DNA of 64,000 nt from Nageia nagi (taxonomy: Eukaryota; Plantae; Pinophyta): positions 205,468,001 to 205,532,000 of the forward strand of contig JBITNC010000001.1 of assembly GCA_050084985.1 (NCBI GenBank), read 5' to 3'. The notes beneath the pieces are model-generated. The model searched no databases and was not told the DNA's origin. It saw nothing but the letters and a program-made list of their open reading frames with translations. The position numbers and the translations under genes are program-made. Within the stretch, counting starts at the first letter, position 1. Each line of letters opens with the position of its first letter. This document shows, in pieces, positions 36,388 through 46,548 of the stretch.

Positions 36388-39300
36388 ATGGCTTCCAGTA
36401 TTAGACCACCTCCATCAAGGGCCAGGAAGATTCAAGGCCAGCTCTTAGAAAGACATGTGACCAAAAGCTAGATGACCCAGCTTTCGAAAGAAAGCTTGAT
36501 TGAGTTTTAGGAGAGAGAGATGCCAGAGCTCTCTGAAGCCAAGTTCAAGGGGAGATATATCTTTGTCGGTGATATAGACTGGGGAAACTTAGACCCTATC
36601 CAGACGTTAGCCTCCACAGCCTCCATCAACAAGGAGGACTTATCAGAAGAGCTCATCCATACATGTGGCTTGTTCAACGCCACTATGATGCCCTTTGCAG
36701 TACCTTTTCCTGACTTGTGCTACGAAGTATCCAAGAAGTGTGAATATGACAAGAGTCCTACAGGACATCGAGGGAAATGTGATCATGGATTTCTCCCCTA
36801 CAAGAATTGAAGCAACTTTTGGCTAGAGAAGATACAAAGACGATTATACATTGGCATACTCTGAGGAATTCCACAATTCTACAGCCCAACCCGGGGACTA
36901 CATTCGGCCCTGGTTGCTGGAAGATTATTAGAATCTTCAAGGCCAGAGGTTGGTTAGCACACGCAGAAAGGAGTTCTTGCTTGTTGTGGCTAAGTTGATC
37001 ACCCTCTTATCAAGGGTCACTGGTCAGGAGAATGACACTAAGTATCAAAGGGAGTTCACGGGCTTCATTGCAGTTATCAGCTCGGGGAGAGCTATACGAT
37101 GAGCTAGGGTAATCAGTGATGCCCTACGCGATCAGTTAGCATATTTTGGTTCCTCGAAGAGATTATATATGAACTCTTATCTTGTGTACTTGTTACTGCA
37201 CGGCAAGGTCAGATCCAGGGAATTGGCTGACGAGAGACATTTGGGACAAAAGAACACCCTTGTGTGGTGAGCCTATCCAAAGTGGTGGTATCAGAACAAG
37301 TTCCAACATTTCTGTGAAAGGAATGATCATTGGGAGTATGATATCTACAAAAATATCAAAGGGGAATCCGTAGTGAAGAGGATTTCTGATGCAGCTATCC
37401 AAGCTATCAACCTACATGCAGATTTCTTTCTGCAAGATGCAGACCATACATACATCAAAGTCTATGGCTCAAAGGAGCAACCCCTGCTCCTGCCAACATA
37501 CGCCAATGACAAGCTGATCCTCATGGACTTTGCTAGGCAGCTTTTATTCTTGAAGGAGAAAGTCTAGAAAAAGAAGAATGCAACAATCAATTTGCCTAGC
37601 TCTATTGCCAAGTATGTGTGTCAGACGTGGGTGGAGGCAACCAGCATGAAGGAGTTGCAGCAATATGCCTTTTCCAAGGAGACGGTTACAAGAAAATATG
37701 ATCCTAAGGGTGTAACTGCTCGTTTCTTTGACATTGCATTCCACAAGCCCATCACATTTCCGCATAAGTCTATTGCACAAATAGATGCTCTTCTGAGCAA
37801 GAAAAAGGTTCCCCTCCAAGCAGAAAAGCCACCTCAAAGACCCCGAACTACAAAGCCCAGATCGAAGGAGGTCTCTCTCATCTCCTTCCCCTGCTCATAC
37901 TGCATCTACACCAAGCAAGACATCCTTGCTTCCTCTTGGAAAGAGGAAAGAGACTCCGAGGAAACATGTTCCAGGTCCTAGCAAGCGCACTGCAGTCATA
38001 GATGATCTTAAGGACACTGGCTATCATGCCCTCTCCTTGGATGTGTTGGATGATGTAGTGGGTGAGGCTTGTGCTAGTGATTCACCCACTGAAGTAGTCT
38101 CTTCCAGACTTAACTCATTTTCTTGGATGCAGGGAGAAAGTTCCCCCTTTACAACCAAGTTCTAGTTCCAGTTCTAAACGTTCCACTTCTTCTTCCGATG
38201 AAGAGACTGACGAAGAGCCTAGTCGTATAGTGGAAGATTCTAGAGAAGAATCAGAAAGCCATGACGGAAGAGAAGAAAAAGATGATGATGATGATGGTGC
38301 TACTGATGTTCTCAAGCAAGAGGATGTAGCTGTAGGTGCCTTTGCACCCGATGAGATGGAGTTGAAACTCTCCCGAATGATAATGAGATAGTGGACGTTG
38401 GAACATATGATGATGACATCCAGATCGTTGGAGAAAAATGTGCCAAAGAAGCAGGTGCCTCCAAACCCTCTCTTGCTGAGCATAGGAAGAAGTCCCCTTC
38501 CACATCACATAAGTCCTACACAAAGAGGAAGAACCATGAGAGATCTCCCCAACAGCGGAAAAAGGGTATATCTATAGACGGTAATGTAGGAGATGATGAA
38601 GATAGAGAGACTGAGGAGCAGAAGAAAAGAAGGCAGGAAGAGCACCAAGGTAAGGAGATCACCATCGTTCAGACCACTTCAGCGAAAGAGGTCAAGAAGA
38701 TTGACAAAGGATGGTTGGTTCAAATATTTCCTCCTCAGCCAACAACCAAGCATCCAGATCTTGACATGGATGCCTACCTTAGAGCCCTCAGCATGAGCAC
38801 GTTTCATGATGAAGATATAGATGAGGACCTGTGCTCGAAGGATGAGGAAGAAGAACTCTCGGACGGTGAGAAGATACGAAGGGTTGACACTTTTGTCTCC
38901 ACTTCTAGAAAAGAAATCTCCATCAGCCATTGTTATTCGAAGGAGAAACACCCTCAAAGACCAGAGGACTATGTCATTGAGACATTCAAGATGCCCATGA
39001 AGCTGGGATTGACAGCCCGAAAACACAGTCACGCAAACTGCTGCAGTCATGGAGCAGGAAGGCTACGAAGCCAAAAAGGAGATGAAGAGATTAAAAAGGG
39101 AACTCACAGCTAGCAAGAAAATCATTAAGGAGTTCCAAAAGGTCAGTACCACCACCTTAGATCTGCAGAAGCAAACCTCCTTCCACAAGGGATGGGAAGT
39201 GGTGAAGAAGCAACTAAAGAAGGAAGTGATGGAAGCCATTGAGAGACTGTCTTCTCGAATTTACAGGCTCCTTGCTGAAGGTGTAGAAATCAGGGATCTC

Positions 39301-39864
39301 AAAGTACAAATTTCAGCACACCTTGGCACCATGAATGGTCATCTTCCCAATGTCTCCCATTTGCAGCATATTTATGTTGCAGTCCCGAAAAGCTAGTCTA
39401 CTGCCATGAGTTCACCTATCATCATGATTGGTTGAACCACGCATTTGAAAAGTGCAATATGGCCTTGAAAATCAAAATCCCCTTGAGAAAGGAGGTCGAG
39501 GAACAAATGAGTGAATGTCTATCAACTCAAGTTCGAAGGGGAGGACAACAATGTGAGAAAGGAGGCAATATTGGCAAAAGCTCAAAATCTGTTGCAGGAA
39601 CATCTTGATGTCGATGATCTCTGCTTGCTGAAGGCAGGGCATCCTATCGTCCATGAGAGGCGGATGGTCATCTGGAGGCACCAGATGTAGGCTACTTCCA
39701 AGAAGATAGATGATTATTTTTGGCAGGATGGTAGTACCGTCGACATGATTTCCAAGGGCATGCGGAAGACTATGGCATTCTTCTAGGAGACCATTGAATC
39801 GTACAATCTTACCAGCGAGGAGTGGAGCTCCGCCAGTATCAGATTAGATCTAGCCTGGGTCTGA
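36388..39864 (+). pseudogene. ~1150-codon degenerate ORF: globular N-domain, acidic/basic low-complexity middle, coiled-coil C-terminus (retrotransposon accessory-ORF type)
   Basis: Plus-strand pieces 36520, 37373, 37592, 37926, 38391 and 39049 chain together through frameshifts. Motifs ARVISDALRDQL, LYMNSYLVY, TYIKVYGSKEQPLLLP. TATAAAG at 36249 upstream. Confidence 0.75.
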
Positions 39865-41793
39865 TCCACCCGTATATCCTACCTATGGTATCATTTCATT
39901 TGTTTAATGAATACTTGATGATGGTTGTTATGTCAGACTTTATTTCATTTGATTTGACTGGTGTAGGGATGAGGTTTTGCTCCTGCAAGATCAGATCTAT
40001 CAAACTCATTCATGGCTCTGACCGGTGCAAGGATGAGGTTTTGCTCCCGCCGGTTTAGATGTCAGACTCGTCAAACTTTTATTGCATATCTGATTTACTT
40101 TTGCATAGATTAAGGGTAGATTAGATGCATTTTGACGGTGGCATTTATATTTTGTCAGCTTTTAGATGCCACTTGCATAGTTTTGTGTGAACAATCTGAT
40201 TTTGTATTGGTGTGAGTGTTGCATGTGTGCACACCATATCAGATTTGATGCCTTTAAGGCAACACTTCTAGTGGCCTATTTATACCCCATTCGGGCCATT
40301 TAGAAGGGGATTTTTGACACTAGGGATTCTTGCATTGGATCTTTGCATATAGGATATTTATATTGAAGAATATATGCAATTTTGCACTTGGATTATTGCA
40401 TGATTTTTACGCATCGTTGCATATGTGAGACTCTGCACTTAATGGAAATATTGAATGTTCAAGCTCTTATATCTTTGAGATTCTGGCTATAAGTTTTTAT
40501 GTTTGTAATAATTTTGGAGCCATTGCATTGCAATATCCCAAAAATAAATATTTTTGTAAATGTCTCCTACACTTAATTATAAAAGTGGAAAAGGGGTTCA
40601 TGTGACTAGGAGACATAACTTAAGTTGTGTTTATTTATGCTTTATATTTTTATTTTTTGTAATAAGGTACTTTAAGTGATTTTAGGGTTAGGAGATGTCA
40701 ACTCCAAATTAGAACCTCATTCTATAAAAGGAAGTGAGCATCTCATTTGGAGCATGTTATGTGATATAAGAATTGAATATTGAAACCCTAGAGTTTCCAT
40801 GAGTTGAGATTGCAGGTCTTGCTCATTCCCATAGTGCATTGGAGGTGCATGGTTGGGGACTTGGCAATATCATTGAAGGTGTTATTGCCCTAAAATATCA
40901 AAAATACAAAAAGAGGCATCTGTGAGTGGTTCGTGGCATTTCTTTTGTGGAGGGATTCACTCAGTTTGGAAAGTTTGTATCTGCATTTTTAGTTTCGTGA
41001 GGATTCCATTTGTCCATTCCAGCTTGTCTTGGTTTGGAAATATTTAATATATGATACTGGCTGATTTCTCCTCATAGTAGTGTTATTTTATGAGCAATTT
41101 CTGAGTTATTTTATTGCTGCAATTTATTTCTGCATTTTTATATTGAGGGTTTGCTAGAAATAAAGAAATAAAAATAAAGAGAACATCACAAGTGGTATCA
41201 GAGCCACGTTCTTGCCAGCCTGTGGTTAGATCTAACATTTTTCAAAGATTTGGAGTTAGAGTTTTTGCAAATAATTCAGATCTTCAGTTTCCAGCATCTG
41301 GGTATTGAAGAAATTTGGGTGATCTGCATTTTAAAAGTAATTTTCGGAGTCAAAAAGGCATTTTTTTAAGAAATCTGCTTCCTAGACTAAGTCGTCTAGG
41401 TTTGGAAGAAAAAAATTTGCAGGATTGAAAGCTATTTTCAAGCCCAAAAAGTCTTGATCTAAAAATTTGCTTGAGAATTCAAGGTAGAATTGGATTTTTG
41501 TGTTTTCTTTGAATTAGGGTTTTCAGAAAAATTAGGGATTATAAAAATCTTTTTGTGGGTATTTCAGATTCATGTTAAAAAGTGCTTTTCTATGGTGAAA
41601 ATTTACACCCTGGTGAAAATTGCGGATTTTTAGGGGATTCGCGGATTTTTAGGGATGTGTATTAGAAAATAAAAATTGCAGATTTGGATACCCTTTTGGC
41701 CAAATTGAAGATTTGTGGCTTCAGAAAAAATTTGGTGGTAAGAATTTTTCAATATTTCAGAATTCCATTCTTTTGAAGGTTTGATAGGGTTTT

Positions 41794-42948
41794 ATGCATC
41801 GTCCCCTTATTCATCAGTATTTTACTAGAAAAAACAAACTTGCTTTGGAAATGGCAAACAGGGCAGAGGATGAGGAGCCCCAAAGGCCAGTTGATAGGAC
41901 TGAGCAAAAGTTCGATGCCCTACTTAACATGCTGCAAAGAACGGTGTCCTTACAAGAGACAAATCAGCAAGAATTGAGGGCAGGTTTGGGCAAGCCAAAT
42001 GGCACAAGGAGGGTAGGAGAAAGGGGAAAAAACAACAATGGACATGAGTCATCATCTAATTCACATACTCCCTTGCCTAGGCCACCCAAGCCTATGTTTC
42101 TTGCTCCACCATCTTCACCAGAGGAAGATGAGGTAACTGATGAATTAGATGAATGGTTTGCTGTTTATAGTAATAAATCTGAAGGTTTTAGGGCAACAGT
42201 TTCTTTTGATAAATATTTGAAGATTGTGGGTAAATCTGTTGTTGAGGCTAAAAAAGAGAAAAAGAAACCCTTATTGCATCAAAAGGTGACCATTCCCTCA
42301 TTTAATGGTCAAGATGGTCTCACAGCTAGGGCATGGCTTCAAAAATTGCAAACTTATTTTTCCTTGGAGCCTATTTCTGAAGTTGATGCAGTTCAGATTG
42401 CTACACTTCACCTTGAGGGTAGTGCTTACTCATGGTGGCATCATGGGTTAGTAACCCAAGGGCACAGTGATATTGATACATTTGATGAGTTTTGTGTTAG
42501 GGTTTTGAACAGGTTTGAAAAAAGGAATGTGGAAGAGTATTTTAAGGAGCTTGCCACTTTGAAGCAAACTTCATCCATTCATGCCTATGTGGAGGAGTTT
42601 GAGCAACTTTCAGTTCAGGTACAAAACATATCACCCAAGAGGATAATTTTTCTTTTTATGGATGGTTTATTGGAACCTTTGAAAGGGCTAGTTAAGGCTT
42701 TTGAGCCAGTTACTCTTGATGATGCCATTAAGAGGGCTTTGAACTTGGAATTTGTTTTACCTCCTAGGCAGAAATATGTTGCACATAACACATCTATTAG
42801 ACCACATTTTGCAGCTAGGAAAACAGGTATTGGACAGCAGTATGGACAATCAGGAAATCTCACGCAGCAAGGTGGAAATGAAAGGAATTTTTATGGCAAG
42901 AATCCCATGCATAGAGAGGGTTTCAGGATCTGGTTTTCAGCCATCTAA
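41794..42948 (+). CDS. gag: Gag of element G
   Basis: [46 protein letters not shown]. Confidence 0.92.
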   Translation: MHRPLIHQYFTRKNKLALEMANRAEDEEPQRPVDRTEQKFDALLNMLQRTVSLQETNQQELRAGLGKPNGTRRVGERGKNNNGHESSSNSHTPLPRPPKPMFLAPPSSPEEDEVTDELDEWFAVYSNKSEGFRATVSFDKYLKIVGKSVVEAKKEKKKPLLHQKVTIPSFNGQDGLTARAWLQKLQTYFSLEPISEVDAVQIATLHLEGSAYSWWHHGLVTQGHSDIDTFDEFCVRVLNRFEKRNVEEYFKELATLKQTSSIHAYVEEFEQLSVQVQNISPKRIIFLFMDGLLEPLKGLVKAFEPVTLDDAIKRALNLEFVLPPRQKYVAHNTSIRPHFAARKTGIGQQYGQSGNLTQQGGNERNFYGKNPMHREGFRIWFSAI

Positions 42949-45310
42949 TAAGCCCCCAAATGGACCACGCTTAACACAAGAAGAGAAAGATGAGCTAAGG
43001 AAACAAAACAAGTATTTCATATGCAAGTCTCCTTGGCAAAGAGGTCATAAATGTAGAGAAGGAGGTATGAAAATCATTGAATTACATTCTGATTCTGATT
43101 CTGATAATTCTGATTTTTATGAGGCAGATGAGACACCTTTGAAAGAGGAAGCACAAAGGGAGTATGAGGAAGTTCCTGAAGGTTCCCTAGCCACTTTGAG
43201 TGGGTTGAATCAGTTTCGCACTATTAAAGTACCAGGTAGATCTTTTGATGAGAAGGTTATTGTTTTAATAGATGGTGGTGCTACTTACAATTTTGTTGAT
43301 GAGAAGTTTGCCACTAGAAAGAATCTTCCTACAGCTATCATTTCTGGTTTTAGTGTTGCTATTGGCAATGGTGATCTTATCACTTGCAACAAAGTGGTAA
43401 GAAACATAAAAATTAATTTTGGCAACATGGAAGTAGATGAGCAATTCTTTGTTTTTCCCTTAGGAGGCATTCCACATATGGTTTTGGGTGTGCAATGGTT
43501 ATATTCACTTGGTGATTATGTTACTAATTATCAAAAATTAGAACTGAAATTTGTGCTTGAAGGGAAAGATGTGGTGTTGCAAGGAATAAAGGAAAATGGG
43601 CCAAAAGATTCTTACAAAATTTTGGATGTCTCTTGCAAAAGAATGGAGAGAATGATGAGGCATAGAGACATTGAATGGGCAGTTGTAATTTTCAATATAG
43701 AAGGGAAAAAATCAACCACTTATCATCCTAAAATTCAAAGTTTGCTACAAAAACATCTTAAGGTATTTTCTGACCTACCTAAAGGTTTGCCACCTAGTAG
43801 AGGTTTTCAGCATGTTATTGAATTGGAAGCAAATAGTAAACCTATTATAATAAAACCTTATAGGCATCCAAAGGTTTTTAAAGATGAGATTGAGAAAACA
43901 ATTGCTGAATTGCTTGAGAGTGGACACATTAGACCTAGTTGTAGTCCTTTTGCCTCACCTATTGTTTTAGTGAAAAAGAAGGATGGAACTATGAGAATGT
44001 GCATTGATTATAGGGCATTGAATAAAAAAACCATAAAAAATAGATATCCTATTCCTAGAGTTGATGAATTGATAGATGAGTTACATGGGGCTAAGTATTT
44101 TTCAAAAATTGATCTTAGATCAGGATATCATCAAATTCGTATGAAGGATGAGGATGTGTATAAAACAGCATTTAGATGCCATTGTGGACACTATGAGTTT
44201 ATGGTTATGCCTTTTGGATTGACTAATGCACCTGCCACTTTTCAATCAGCCATGAATCAAATTTTCAGTCAGCATTTGAGGCGCTTTGTCTTGGTATTTT
44301 TTGATGATATTTTGGTATATAGCAAAAATTGGGATGATCATTTACAACATTTAGATTCAGTTTTGAGCATTTTAGGACAGCAAGAGTTTTATGCAAAAGA
44401 ATCTAAGTGTGAATTTGCTATGACTGAAATTTTGTACTTGGGGCATATTATTTGCAAAGATGGGGTGAAAGTTGATCAAGCTAAAGTTTCAGCTGTACAA
44501 ATATGGCCTATACCATCCAACCTAACAGAATTGAGAGGTTTTGTGGGATTATGCAGTTACTACAGGAGGTTCATTAAGGGGTTTTCATCTTTGGCTGCTT
44601 CCCTTACTGAATTGACTAAGAAAGGGGCTTTTTCATGGTCTAATGAGGCTCTTCTAAGTTTTCTAAAGTTGAAGGATGTAATGACTTTTACTCCTTTACT
44701 TGCTATTCCTGATTTTTCTGTTGCTTTTACTATTGCTTGTGATGCTTCAGGTGCTGGAGTTGGAGCTGTACTTATGCAACAAGGACGCCCCATTGCCTAT
44801 GAGAGTAGAAAGCTCTCAAATGTGGAGAAAACTTTCAGCATCTATGATAAAGAGATGCTAGCTATCATACATGCCTTGACCAAATTCAAGCAATACTTGG
44901 TGTGTGGCAAGTTTGTGGTCAAAACTGATCATAACAATTTGAAATACTTCTTGGGACAAGCTGAACTAAATGAAAGACAACAAAAATTGGTAACAAAGTT
45001 GCAATTATATGATTTTGAAATTGAATTTGTAAAGGGTAAGAAGAATTCAGCAGCTGATGCACTTTCTAGGCACCCTACTTTTCATTCTCTTTCCATTATT
45101 TCTGCTGATTGGAAAGTAAAAATTATGGCTGAATATGCGAAGAATGATTTTTGCTCTAAACTAATAAATGGGCAAGTTGAAGATGATAGGTTCAGCCATA
45201 AAGAAGGACTGATTTTCTGCAAGGGAAGAGTGTTTTTAGTACCTGAATCAAAGTTGAAACAAACTTTAATGACAGCCATGCATGATGCTCCACTTGTAGG
45301 CCATCCAGGT
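42900..45310 (+). CDS. pol: Protease, reverse transcriptase and RNase H of element G (different frame from gag)
   Basis: Within the 869-aa ORF 42752-45361: [60 protein letters not shown]. Confidence 0.95.
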
Positions 45311-46548
45311 TCTACAAGACTTACAAACAAGTTAGAGAAAGATTCTATTGGAAGGGTTTGAAAAGAGATGTTTTCTTGCATGTTTAGGAATGTGTTATTT
45401 GCCAAGAAAATAAGGGAGAACATGAATTTTCCGCTGGTTTACTTCAGCCACTTCCTATTTCCAATCAGAAATGGGAAAGTATCTCCATGGATTTCATTAC
45501 TGGTTTGCCCAAGGTATACATGAAGGATTGCGTATTCGTTGTTGTTGATAGATTTACAAAATTTGCTCATTTCTATGCTATTTCAGCAACTTATACAGCC
45601 ATACAAGTTGCTGATTTGTTTTTTAAAGAAGTTTTTAGATTGCATGGTTTGCCTAGATCCATTGTGAGTGATAGGGACAAAAGATTTTTGAACATGTTTT
45701 GGCAAGAATTGTTTAAGCTATGTGGTACTAAATTGACTCCTAGTACTAGCTACCATCCCCAAACTGATGGGCAAACTAAAATTGTTAACAAATGGCTTGA
45801 AAGGTATTTGAGAAATTATGTTTCAAATCAGCAAAGTGCATGGGTTAAATGGCTACACCTTGGTGAATACTGCTACAATTCTACTTATCATATGTCCATA
45901 ACAATGTCTCCATTCAAGGCACTTTATGGTTATGATGCACCACACTTTTCAGATCTGATTTTTGGTGATTCAAATGTCCAAAAAGCTAGAGACTTTGCAG
46001 CAGAAAATCAAGCTATTCTTAATGCTTTGAAGGATAATATTCTTATGGCACAAAATCAGCAGAAGAAGTATGCAGATCAACAACGTAGTGAGCGCTCATT
46101 TGAGGTGGGTGACTTGGTTTATGTTAAGTTACAGCTCTACAAACAGTCCACATTGAAGAAGAGTGGAGCAGAGAAGCTAAAACCCAAGTTCTATGGGCCT
46201 TACAAGGTGATTAGTAAGGTTGGACAGGTTTCATATGCTTTGAAACTTCCAAGTGAGAGTAAGATACACAATGTTTTTCGTGTTTCTTGCTTGAAAAAGG
46301 CTTTAGGCCAACATGTTCAGCAATCTTCAGATTTGCCATCTCTTGATGATGAAGGAAAGCTCATTCTTGAACCTGAATTGATCCTTGAGACAAGGGAGAA
46401 AAAGCTTAGGAGTAGGACTATCAAAGAATATCTAGTGAAGTGGAAAGAACTTGCCTATGGAGGATGCTACTTGGGAAGGTGCAGAAATTTTAGATGATCC
46501 AACTTTGACTTTGCTTGAGGACAAGCAATTTGAGGAGGGTGGACTTGT
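45280..46548 (+). pseudogene. pol: Integrase and chromodomain of element G, disrupted
   Basis: H..GHPG, SMDFITGLP, IVSDRD, YHPQTDGQT, FYGPY, EYLVKW..EDATWE..LLEDKQFEEGG. Frameshifts near 45310 and 46450, TAG near 45385. Confidence 0.9.

Noticed and set aside
42752-42948. Programmed gag-pol frameshift in G
   Set aside because: No clear slippery site was seen, the shift lies upstream of the zinc knuckle, and G has other disabling indels, so a mutation is the simpler explanation.
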